Below the pieces are notes generated by a model, which made no database searches, was not told where the DNA came from, and saw only the letters and a program-made list of their open reading frames with translations. A DNA stretch of 64,000 nt, taken from positions 1-64,000 of the forward strand of contig NW_005434607.1 in the NCBI RefSeq assembly GCF_000315625.1. Reading direction: 5' to 3'. Below, in pieces: positions 35,120 to 46,464 of this stretch (the stretch's first letter is position 1; every line of letters starts with the position of its first letter). This stretch comes from Guillardia theta CCMP2712. Its lineage: Eukaryota > Protista > Cryptophyta. Both the position numbers and the translations under genes were made by a program.

Positions 35120-37045
35120 TCAGTCTCTTTGCTCCGCCTCCCCCCTCTCAGTCTCTTTGCTCCGCCTCCCCCCTCCTTGTACCAGGCTTGGTCGTCCAGG
35201 CATGCCCGGGTTGCCGGGCATGGGGCCCATACCTTGAAGGACTCCTACACGCGGTGATGAGCACGAGACCTTGAAGGAGAAGGGAGGAGGCGAGGCAGGG
35301 CAGGGGACTGACCAGGGAATCCTGAAGTCATGGGGAGCAGCGGCTGACCCTGCGGCATCTGCTGGTTTTGGTTCATCCCGCCCATGTCTTGACCTGCAGC
35401 TGCTCATGGGGTGCGACCAGCAGGCAGTCGAGGCACCTGAGGCTCCAGGGCCGCTCTCAGAGGGTCGCATGAAGCACACGATGCAGTGCGCCTTGTTGTT
35501 CTTCCACAGGCAGTTCATCTCAACGCTGGAGGAAAGAAATCAGCGTTGCAGACTGGAGCAATAGACTTCACTTGAAGCTGGCGGTTGTTCCGTCCTGTGG
35601 CATCAAACCTTGTCAGGGAAGGAAGATTGAGGCAAGCAAGAAATGAAACCTGTCTCACGCAGTTCTGCGTCAGGGGAATATGGTTAAGCTCTCCAGAGAG
35701 AAGTTGCGAGACTGCCTTGAGGGTGTTCTGGGAGGAGATCAGCTGCCTTCTCAACGGCGGGCAGAAATCACCTGCATGTCTTGCGGGCTGACGAGAGAGA
35801 AGAAAGTTCGGCCGATCAGCTTGTATCGCTGACAACAATCATGAATCAACATAAACACACATGGTGGTGGTGGTGTGGGGCAACATCAACGAACAGAAAC
35901 ACATGGAGGTGATGGTTGGGGGGAGGGCAACCTGATCTGCTCCATAGCCAAGCATGGCAGCGAAGGCTGGATTGACCTGCGTGAACAAGCAAGAGTTTTT
36001 AGCGGCAGGAGAGAGGAAGACGAGTGGGGGAAGTGAACCTCTTGTATCGTTCCGTCGGCACCTGCGACACTTGAGAAGCAACGCCTTCTCTTCAGTTCTC
36101 ATCACACCTGCATACGCTATGCCCATCGAAGCCATGAGAAATCCTGACATGTACGCCTGCACTTGAGCCATGAGACAACTTCAAGTCTATGTCGTTCGAT
36201 TCCTGCTCTATGTCGTTCGCAGAAACTCCCAGCGCTCCTTCTGCTCCTGTTGCAAAGAGGTGAGGACAAGAGCTGGCCGCAGCTAAAAAGCTTTACCTCC
36301 ATTGGTGCCATTGCCAGAGCTTTGAGTCTGTACATTTGACGCGTTCTTGGATAGAAAGTCGATGGCACATTGAAGGACCTGGAACCACAGTCAACCTTCG
36401 CCCGCGTCCTTCAAGTGTTCATCGTCACAGTGTTCATCGTCAATGCTGCCGAGTTCGTCGAGTCGAGGTTGGGAAGCAAATCCTGGCCCATCCTCATCAT
36501 GCAAAGTCGCCTTGGGGCTGGCCAAAGGAACCTGAAGGTCGGCTAACAATTCTTTTGTCTGGAGAGCATACGTCAATGGCATGCTCGCACTGCAGCATGA
36601 GAACCCACCTTCTCTCTTCTTTTCTGCTCCACCACCTTGTGCTTCTCCTTGCGGTATTGCTCCTCTGCGCCAGGGTCAGACATCAGGCCACAACGTCGAT
36701 CCAAAGAGTTCCTCCGGTCGAGTTTCTTGGGCGTTTGGATCCAGGTTCTTCGTCGCTGTCACCTTCGCTATTGCTCTTCAAGTCGTCCTGCAGCATACAG
36801 GTTACCGCATGCGCTCCTGGAGTCCTTTTACTTGTTGGCTGGCATGTTGTCCGCCCATCCCGGGTGGGAAGTTTTCCATCTGGCGAGCAAGACTCAGAAA
36901 CATGTAGGTGCTCACTATGCAGCTTCTCTGTTCCACATGTCCCTCCTTCATCTCCTTTCGTTGCGATGCCATTAGCACTTCTACCCTTCCTTGCATCAAC
37001 CGCCCCCAACCTCCCTCCCCCATGGCCCCAACCTCCCTCCGCCAT
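35120..37045 (-). CDS. bHLH-PAS transcription factor
   Basis: Basic region YRKEKHKVVEQKRRE (~36660-36610), helix 1 TKELLADLQ, helix 2 VLQCAIDFL; PAS segments FLMASMGIAYAG, QVNPAFAAMLGY, AVSQLLSGE, MNCLWKNNKAHCIVCFMRP. 3' end may run into gap 34970-35069. Confidence 0.8.
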
Positions 37046-38398
37046 GGTTCAATTCGTTTCGGTCGACTCTTCTCTCCTCTCCTCTATCTCCTCTCCCTCT
37101 TCTCCGTCCCTCCCCCCGTAACCTGTTTGCTGTTCTCCTCTCCTCTCCTTCTCTCTTTGTGTTTGTGCGCATTTCCGTACGACTTTCTTCGTGTTTTTTT
37201 CTTCTTTTTTCCTTTTTTCTTCTGTTATTCTTCCCAGCGGGGACGGGCTGGGGTGTGCCAACCCCTAGCTAGGGCAGGGGTGGTAGGTGAGACGGGGGGT
37301 AGGGAACAGAAGTCAGAACATCAGAAGGGGGTACTCTGACTTTGGGTGTTGGATAATATATGGGTAGGGGTACATACCCCATCCCCTCTTAAACACCAAA
37401 AAAGGTTATGCAGGGTGGTACTACCCCTACCCACCATTCCAAGGACCTGCATGAAACGGTCACGGGCCGACTTATAAGAAAAAATATAACATTATAAAAA
37501 AACCATCAAAACTCAATGAAAAACAATATATAAATGGGATAGATAGTAAATACAAAAATCAATTATTGAACTCTCGTACAATTGCAGCTGCCTAAAACAT
37601 TAAGCTAAACTTTGTTTTATAAACTACGCCCGGGCCCGGGGCCCGGGACCGCCTGTCACTGAAGCCTGAGTCCACTGCGGCCCAGTGACTGCCGCGCCGG
37701 CCGAGTCAAGCCGCTCCGACTCCTCATCGGGAGTCGGTGACAGCCGCGCCGGCAGTGGCCGCGCACTGTCGGGTCGCGCCACCGCCGGGCCGGGCCCACG
37801 ATGAGATGGCCCCGCCGCCCGGCGCGGCGAGCTCATGGCCGTGAGGGCCCGGGGCCGGACCGCCCGCTGATCCCGGGCCGTGAGCCGCCCGGCGCGCCGG
37901 TCCGTCTGCTCTCGGAAAACTTGGGGAAGAGACCCCCACCACCCAGAATTTTCACTGCTACACTTGACCACCCCAGAATTTGTAATTAAGAAAAGGTATT
38001 TCGGGGTACCTGTTTGACTACCCCACCCGTCAAAATCGATGATATGCGAACAAAGTTTTAATATTTTTTAGATTATATCACGGTACTACATTTACAAAAC
38101 AATTAAAAACTAATACTGTCCCTTTGGTACAAAACATTCATTTTAGGGTGATATTAAAATCAGTAGGGACTCACCCCTACCCAGGTTTTCCCTCCTTGTT
38201 CCTCCATTGCTCCCCTCCCCGCTCGCTCCGTGAGCTCCTTCCCACCACCACCACCACCACCACCACCACCACCACCTCCTCCTCCTCCTCCTCCTCCTCC
38301 TCCTCCTCCTCCTCCTCCTCCTCATACTTCTACTTGACCTCATTCTCCAAGGAAACCTGATCTAAGGGTGCGCGTTGTTGCCTCTTCAAGCGAGCACA

Positions 38399-40267
38399 AT
38401 GAGCTTTTCAAAGTTCTATGTGATTGTTCTCACTGCCTTCCTTTTCCTTTCCTCGCTTTCGGATGCTGCTTGCCCCAAGACCTGCAACTGCGCACCAATT
38501 CCTCAGCAGAATTTCCCTGGGGAGTGCTGTAAACCCGGAAGTTTGCAGTACAACGACACTGATGTACCAAGTTTCTGCACAGACAAACCTTTTGAAAGTG
38601 GTTACACCATGAAGATCGATGAGAAGGTTCCGGTTCAGATCAATCTCGTGGATTATTGCACGGACCAAATAATCTTCAGCTCCTTCGTTGCTCCTCAGGT
38701 TGACCGTTTCAGTGTGGCCAACTTCCCCTGCTCGTTCCAACCTGCATCGTGCTCTGAAGTTCCGACTGCAGATCAGGCCTCGTGCCAGGCTGGTGAGAAA
38801 GTCTGGACCGATACCTTGGGCTGCACGTCCCTTGATGTGCAGAAGCTGCTGAATTCTCGAATCTGCAACAGCACCAACTACCCAGGAAAGACGGGAGATT
38901 ACGTCTGGGTAGATGCAAACCCTGGGGATCGTGTAATCCTGCCCACTGTCGGGTACTGCAACTGCAACTGGAAGAAGCGTTTCAGCGAGCTCAATGGAAC
39001 GGGCTTGACGAATGTGACGAAGGGAGTTCCGAACGGCTACATCAAGGAGGGTATGAGCACGTTCTATGTTCAAGTGATGATAGGAGGGAGAAGCACATCT
39101 GCCAACGACGATCCCACCTGTCAGTGTGCAAGCCCCTGGGATGTCTCACCTGAATGTGAGATTGAAACATCACATGACACCTCTCATGCTTGTCATCAGG
39201 TATGTGCGCCCTTGGAACAAGAAAAGTTCCATACATTTACAACTATTCGTACCTGCCCTCCCTCACCGCCCTTATCTCCATCCAGAACGGCCAAGTATGC
39301 AATTACTCTCTTCATGAATTCAACTCAAAATCCTGTCAGCTCATATACCAGAACACGTATGTGCGATACAACTTCGAGGAGCGGGGAATAGGTGAACAAT
39401 GCTCTCATCAAGAAAAAATGGCAGAGGCTAGCGACTGGTCAAGTCTGACAGAGCGTCTTCTTCTGTATAGGTTGTGTTGGCTGTTCCGTCGACTACTGCT
39501 GGGGAGTTCCGATGGTCCGTGCAGATTTGATTCCCTTTGTACATGGCAGCTGAACGAGCTGCAGGCTGGTGTTGACAGCACAGTCAGTGTTGAAGATCCT
39601 ACGCAAGAGCCTCCCACCCTCAACTTCCTGGTGCTGCTGTCTCCCAACCCCTCCCCTCGCTGTGTTTGCTTCGCGTGCTGATCGTGATGAATATGGCAGT
39701 GGAGAAGGATGGGATTCGACCTCACACTCTCGGTGAGGACCTTTCTCGTTATGACATGAGGGTCTGACTTACTGCCGCGAATCGTCGTAAAGTCGTCCAA
39801 ACAGTGTGCTATACGGAGGCTCCCTGACCCTAACAATGCAAATGCAGCCTACTGCCGGTAGATAGATGTTGTACTGCAAGTTAGGATGTGGATTGAACGA
39901 GCGCCATCGTCAGGTATCCAACTGCTGGTACAGAAGTCGACGTCTGCTCATTGAAAATCTACATCGCCTGGATCGGGACTGACGGTTTTGAGATCGCCCT
40001 TTAGTGTTGAAGATCTGAATTTTGTTTTTGCAGGATACGGGCAGCCATGTCAGAGTAGCAATGAAATGTTTTCAAAGGTAGTTCAACACATGAGAATTCC
40101 TCCAACTGACTTGCTCGTGAAGTTCACCCAAATGGGAGTCTCCAACATCGCGGCACAGATGTACACTGGCGCCTCAAGTCTGGTGAGAAGCCGAAGCTCA
40201 AGACTTGTGAGGGTGTTGAATGTTTGGTGGGCAGGCGACAAAAGTGGATCGGAGGGTCACTGGTTAA
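38399..40267 (+). CDS. Secreted cysteine-rich protein of unknown function
   Basis: Signal peptide MSFSKFYVIVLTAFLFLSSLSDA; many Cys; long first exon then short exons ending CSLKIYIAWIGTD/GYGQPCQSSNEMFSK/FTQMGVSNIAAQMY. Confidence 0.7.
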
Positions 40268-40472
40268 TTGTCAAACAATATTTCGCAAAATCTGTTCGCT
40301 ATAAAAGAGATGTAAAGCTCTTCGTGTACGTTTAGTCCCGCAAGGGCAAACTATCGAACACATTGCCATAAAGCGGGAGCTTGTGTTCCTGAAACAACAT
40401 CTTACTTGGCTCTGGCTGGGAGTTAGGATGTTGAATCCGTGGCTGCTCAAAGATCGTTATCATCATCCAATC

Positions 40473-41555
40473 TTAAAAGTCTTCACGTACTGGGAATTGA
40501 GCGTGACCAACGTTGGTTGACAGCCATTTCTTTTTGCTCTTCAACTTGTATATCCGGTCGGTGAACTGAGCAGAATTAAGCATGTGAATTGATAAGTATA
40601 TACGTTGCACTTACGTTTCGCCAGGCAACATCATCTGTGGACTTTACCTGGCTCTTTGCAGCTTCGACAATATCAAACTCGATATACTGTAAAATATCTT
40701 CCTGTCAATTTTTGTTAAACCCAGCTGTTAATGCGCAATCAGCAAGAGTTTCTTTACCCTGCACGGCAAATTTCGCATCATGTTGAGATCAGAAACTATC
40801 GTCCTGAATATGGAGAGGAATTCACGCTTCAAGCAGCTCCTCTTTTCAAAACGTCATACTCCAAAACCATAGTACAAAGATGACCGACCGAGCAATTGCT
40901 AGTGACACCATCTATCATTCGCCTCACAACTCCATTGAAGTTGAGGTCTCCGATCTGCAGAGCCTGCAACTTTTCTCGCTCCGCTTTCTGAAGAAATTCA
41001 TTTAGCTCTTCCAAGTACTTGTCCTGATCAAGAGGCAATCAAAAATATGTCGCTATGGGAGATTGACCATGATACTTGGAGATTCTTGCTGGTCTGTGCC
41101 TGGATAGCTTTCCTAACTCGATTCTCCACAGTTTGACTCTTGATCTGCACACCTCTTAACAGACAACACACGACACGCCATGGTGTTGAATATCTGTACT
41201 TACCTTCAAGGCATCCGCAAATGTCTGAAACATCAATGTAATGTTCTGTGCAGCTCCGGTCAGCGTTGTGGCGCTGCAATACTGAAAGGGCCAACTCACG
41301 CATTGATGCTGTTCCGCAACTCGGATGAGCTTGACCAGCTCTTCGATGTAATTTTTGGTCGAGTACTTCTCCTTCCTCTCGAGAAGATCGTCTATCTGCT
41401 TCTTGACCTTCCGCTTCAAGTCAGCCTGCAGCCAATCATAGCTCACATTTCACCTCCTCAACTTCCATTGGATTCTTGTCTCCCATTTTGAACCACGTCT
41501 TCCTCCGCTGCTTTTTGGGAGCTCCAGAGTCCCTCTCTGTACCATCCTCTTCCAT

Positions 41556-41597
<42 letters not shown>

Positions 41598-42209
41598 CTC
41601 TTCCTCCTTCTCTACATCGCTAGCTCCATCAAGCGATCTCTGTGTGTCAACATGAAATCCCAGATTTGAATCATGGGTCCTCTTTGATTCATGTTTAGCT
41701 TTTGCTCGCTTTTTGAATTTTTCAACCAACTCGGAATCATCAATCAGAGGGTCATCAAGTTCATAATCTTGTGAATCGTTGTCTGTGCCAGAATCTTCAG
41801 CACTTTCATCCTGTTCAAGGAAATCGTCAAGATGTCGTAAAAGCTTGCAAAATAGTATTCTTACATCCACGTCCTTGGGATTACTGGTCATAGATGACCA
41901 TTTGGCAATGATCTTGTCATAAATTCCACCTCCAAACCGTGGAGATTCGCTTGAAGGATCCTGCTTCTGGAGTTCATTGCTGGCAGCATCAAGGGATGTC
42001 ACTGCGCCGTTCGTCTCCCTTGCTCTCCTGCTCCTCTTGACAAGCTCCCAAAAGTTGATCTCGCCATTCGGAAAGTCCTCCAGATCAATCTCTATGGAGC
42101 CAGTTTTAGGCTCTCTAATTTTCCTCTTGGACGGCAAAATTTCTTCTTCAATGATGTCATGTTGTGCGTTCGCATCGGCGTTGAGACTCATGCTCATGCT
42201 CATGCTCAT
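40473..42209 (-). CDS. Hpc2/ubinuclein-like histone chaperone subunit (HUN/HRD domain)
   Basis: IEIDLEDFPNGEINFWELV and DYELDDPLIDDSEL...LGFHV match the Hpc2-related domain; acidic tract; further helical exons. Confidence 0.72.
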
Positions 42210-42519
42210 TCTTCACAATCAAGATGATTAGCTCATGCAAGAAATTCACTTCACACCTGTACAACCATTCAGATCCCCCAGGATTATTCTGGCAACTGCC
42301 TGGCCGGTTCTTCTTCCATCCTCCCTCCCCTCTATCTCGTCCGGCGGTTTCCCTTCCTCTCTCCCTCTCTGCTCTCCCCCCCATCCTTACCCCCGCTCTC
42401 CTCGCTCCACCTCCCTCCCAGCCTCCCTCCCTTCCTCCCCTCCCTTCCCAGCTTCCTTTCCCTTCCCCACAGTTCCCTCCTCTCCCTGCTAGGCTCTCCT
42501 ATCCTTTTGGCGCCAAATC

Positions 42520-42617
42520 TTATGAATTGGTGGTTCGTGGATCCAAATAATTTTGCATCTATCAGTACATTTGAAAATTTTCAACCTAATTTTGACCCAC
42601 GAACCACCAATTCATAA
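42520..42617. mobile_element. Small inverted-repeat element (MITE-like), 21-bp perfect terminal IRs
   Basis: ttatgaattggtggttcgtgg (42520-42540) is the exact reverse complement of ccacgaaccaccaattcataa (42597-42617); internal palindrome ttgaaaattttcaa. Confidence 0.5.
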
Positions 42618-42680
42618 AAGTGCAGTCGGGCCGGCTCAGCGGCCGGCCAGTCACCTGCCCGGCCCAGAGTCCGGAGCGAG

Positions 42681-42841
42681 TTTCACTCAAATTTAAGCTG
42701 TGTTGCATTGAGTAATATATTTACTCAAAGTTAAGTGAAACTTCAGTACGAGGACAGTTAGGAGAGTTTACTCAACACTGATGGTCTGTCTCGTACTGAT
42801 TTTTTAACTTAAATTTGAGTAAAAAAAAAATTTGAGTAAAA
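42681..42841. mobile_element. Second inverted-repeat element (MITE-like) with nested TTACTCAA/TTGAGTAA motifs
   Basis: tttcactcaaatttaag (42681) versus cttaaatttgagtaaaa (42808), 1 mismatch; inner arms tcagtacgag(g)acag / ctgtctcgtactga. Confidence 0.45.
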
Positions 42842-43704
42842 CAGACTTGTGCCTGAAGGCTGAAACGACTGTTTTAGCGCGACAAGGCCCCGGCCCCGGA
42901 CTCCGGGATGGCTAAAAGTACCGTGCGGGTACCATGCCACCCTGGCAGCGGCACCGAAGACCGTGACAAGCAGGGGTTCATATCCCAAAGAAAGAGGGTA
43001 AAAGGGAGGGGTTGAATGAGAAAAGAGGCTAAATACAGAAGGGGGTACGGTACTTTTAGACCCCCTAAATTGACGTTGAGACAGGCGGACCCTGATTTGA
43101 CCCTGATTTGACTACCATTTGACCGTCGATATCCCTGGTCTCGTGACTTTTCCTCGAACATTCCATCAGTTTGACCAACCGTTTGACCACTCATCAAATG
43201 TCATTAACAAAAATATCTGGTAGTGCTGACATTTTTGACTACCATTTGACCCAGCGATTTGACCATTATTTGACCGTGGTCAAATATCTATCCTATGATA
43301 GAGGGGTGGGAGACAATACCTTCCCTCGCGCCCTCCCTGCTGCATTAAAACAGCGGACATTGTTCCTTCGCTCACTTCAGCCGCTGCGACTGTCTCTTGC
43401 CACCAACCTTGTTCTAGCTCTCTAAATAGACCGACATCTCGGGTCTCTGAGCACTTCTCTCTATTCGATCCTTGCTTTTCCTCTTTCCTGGAAAACTGTT
43501 CCAACGGCTTTGTTCTGGTTAGGACAACCAGCGTTCTACCTCTATTTCCGAGTACCAGCAAAACTTCGGGGTTTCGATTCTTCTGAATTCTCTGTAACAG
43601 AGCAGTTCAAATTGGCCTTGTGATTGATTCTGCTTGTCAACGTTTGGTTCCGCAGAGACTGATCCTGTTGAGTTTGTCCTCCAACGGCTGTAACAAGGTT
43701 CAGT

Positions 43705-44157
43705 ATGTCGAAGACGTGCTCTACCATCTCCGCTCTCAGGACCTCTTGCATCTCATCGGTCAAAGGAAAGACTCATGCTTTCTCTTCAACGGCAAAAGAG
43801 TCTGTCCTCAGGTCCGTGCACACTGGGAGGAAGAACCCACTCAACTCGCATCACTACACGGACGGCCGAGTCAGAAACAGAGCCGTGTCACATGGGTCTG
43901 ACTTCATCACCGGAGGCAAGCACGCTCAGCAATCCTCCTTTCACAATATGAAGAGACTCGATGTGAACTTGATCAACAATGGAGCCTCCAAGAGTCACGA
44001 CTCCCTTGGTAGTCCTGGCAAGCCCAAAGCGATTCACGAACAATCCGTTCCTCAGCACGCTAACAAGGCTTCCAAGCCATGGAATGCTACTTTTCTTGAG
44101 TTTATCTCTTCTCTCGAAGAAGGCAGAGCTGCTCGACCTGACAACTCAAACTTCTAG
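43705..44157 (+). CDS. Hypothetical Ser-rich protein
   Basis: 150-aa ORF followed by an AT-richer UTR-like stretch; no domain recognised. Confidence 0.3.
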   Translation: MSKTCSTISALRTSCISSVKGKTHAFSSTAKESVLRSVHTGRKNPLNSHHYTDGRVRNRAVSHGSDFITGGKHAQQSSFHNMKRLDVNLINNGASKSHDSLGSPGKPKAIHEQSVPQHANKASKPWNATFLEFISSLEEGRAARPDNSNF

Positions 44158-44266
44158 CTTCTCTCTCTAGGTGCCGTGCGTGTTTAGAGCAAGACTGTAC
44201 TTCTGTGTTGTATTCTGTGCTGTATATAAACAAAGAAGCGATTGAACAACTCAGTTATCTGCATTG

Positions 44267-45288
44267 CTACTGCTTTCCATCGACTTGAGTCTTCTTTGCT
44301 TCCTCAACCTCGGCGATCATGGTGTCAATCATGAGGAAGAAGTCCTCCTGCGTATTGGTCTCTTTGGTGAAAGGAAACCTGTACTCTCCCCAGCGATCAT
44401 CAGTTCCGTCCTGCAGCCCGAAGAGACTGAATCCGGTCCTGTCAGCCGCATACATGAACGCGATCTCAACCTGGCAACGTGCGTTACACAATGATGGGGA
44501 AACAAATACGGAGTACTCACGGGCACCCCTAAGAAATCTCTGCAGAACTGTGGAAGGTAGTCGAAGTACTTGGTGTTGCCGATGTGGAGGATCTCATGCT
44601 GACAAGCGCTGAGAGGGTCCACGTAGGCTGCGGAAAAGTCGCGCATCGCGATGTTTTCTCTCTTGTTGAAGATGTCGATGAAGAGCACGCCATGTGTCTC
44701 CAGGCACATGAGATGGCCATCATCTTCCTTGAACCCAAGATCTTTCAAGTGATCGTCGCGCCCGATGCCTTGGTACAGCACGAGGTCACCCACGAGCCTC
44801 ACCGTTGGCGGAAGAAGTTCGAGATGCTTGAACACCGGAGTGAGCCGTGGAGGATCGATGTGTCCCGTGGCGACGGAAGCAGAAGCAATCTTGGAGATAT
44901 TCTCCCAGTGCTTCATATGACTTGTCTTGTTCTTCTCGAGGAACATGATCAAGCTCCTCGAGGCATTGTCCCACTTCCCCATCACTGGCGAGTTGGGATC
45001 CGAGAAGATGCTAGAACCATCGTTCTTATCATCCGGCAATCTTTGGTAACTTTGCACCTGAAACCTCTTGTTGGCAAACAAGAGGTTTTTTGCGCGCTCT
45101 GGATATATCAGATGCCCCTCTGCCTGCTTCGGCTCGATCGGCTTGTCACCATCGACATCGATGATCTTGGCGCTGCTCGAGAAGAGCTTGTCACTCACTG
45201 CACCCCAGCGACTACTGAGAGTCAGGTGTCCACTCGTGAGGCGGGGTCTGACTGATCTCCAAGAGTTCAGCAAGAGGTTCGGGAGCAT
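44267..45288 (-). CDS. Uncharacterised protein with mitochondrial-presequence-like N-terminus and HExxH motif
   Basis: ATG 45288 MLPNLLLNSWRSVRPRLTSG (Arg/Ser/Leu-rich, acid-free); QHEILH; one short intron near 44475-44520 joins to the CQVEIAFMY...DGKQ* exon. Confidence 0.65.
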
Positions 45289-45491
45289 CTGGTCGAGCTG
45301 TTGGGAACCCAGGTCAGTAATCACAATCAGATTGTTGCAATGAGTGTGGATGAAGAAGAAGGAAGTGAGTGTCAAGTTCCAACATGAACTCTTCCTGATC
45401 TCCTCCTTCTCCTACACTTTCCCCTACTCCTGGGTTTTCACTCTCCTTTCAAATCCGCGTTCATGATTTTCACTATCATCTCCATCATGCC

Positions 45492-45659
45492 CCCTATGAC
45501 AACTCAACTCTCCTTTCCTCCCTATGACAACTCAACTCTCCTTTCCTCCCTATGACAACTCAACTCTCCTTTCCTCCCTATGACAACTCAACTCTTCTTT
45601 CCTCCCTATGACAACTCAACTCTTCTTTCCTCCCTATGACAACTCAACTCTCCATTCCT
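45492..45659. repeat. 28-bp minisatellite, 6 copies (ccctatgacaactcaactct(c/t)ctttcct)
   Basis: Units start at 45492, 45520, 45548, 45576, 45604, 45632; head-to-tail with no spacers. Confidence 0.93.
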
Positions 45660-46464
45660 GCTCATATTTTATTGTGATCTTTCTCCTCCTTGTCTTCCAT
45701 GTCCTTATGATTGTTCTTGTGCCTGTGCTTGCCCCCTTCATCCTCCTTGCATTCCGTTCCTGCTGTGGTCCAAAGCTCATCTGGTCTTTTTTTCTGCGAG
45801 ATTCTTTTTTTCTTTTACAGAATGATTTCTAGCAATGCAGCCGCTCTCCCAGTAACAGGAATGGGAGTGAAGTAGAGCAGGAGAGGACGCGGAGCAGGGA
45901 GAAAGGAGCACAAGAACGAGCAGAGTCATGATGAGGCGAGCGGACAGGAAGAGTTCTAGAAGAGGAAGGAGGGAGAGGGAGGGAGGGAAGAGCCGGTAGA
46001 TAATGGAGGCCCCCGGAGGTTGAGAACTCAGGGGGGGTCTAGGGGCTGGAGGAGAGGGGCTGAGGTCAAGGAGGAAAGATACGAGAAATATGATCTGACG
46101 AATGCTCCAGGTCCTACAGGGATAGGTTCAGATGTGCAGCGTCGTCAGCCATAGTTGGGTGCGGGGAAGGAGAAGGGACTTGGTACCCCGCATCTCGATG
46201 ATCTCTATCTTCCTCATCAACTCAGCGCGCATCAACGCTTCCATGCACACAGCGCATGCTCCCTCGAAGGTCTGCAGGTCGATGGGATGGGTGGGCAGCG
46301 GCTTCTTCTCGTACAGGCAGATTACTTTGAGGGGGGGCAACGACAGTGCAGACAAGAACAGCAAGGCATCCAACTGCCCGTACTGCAACAAAGTTCATTC
46401 ATTGCGGGACAGCTGCAGGGCACAGCGGGTAGCGCAGACAAGAGCTTCGCAGGGTAGGAGGACG

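Noticed and set aside
35070-35175. About 28-bp tandem repeat next to a gap
   Set aside because: Ordinary minisatellite, probably intronic and the cause of the gap.
45492-45659. Possible CRISPR array
   Set aside because: 28-bp units are head-to-tail with no unique spacers, no cas genes, eukaryotic context.
46128-46400. Possible small minus-strand gene upstream of tsaD
   Set aside because: Coding-like composition but no frame gives a recognisable product; could equally be the tsaD 5' region.
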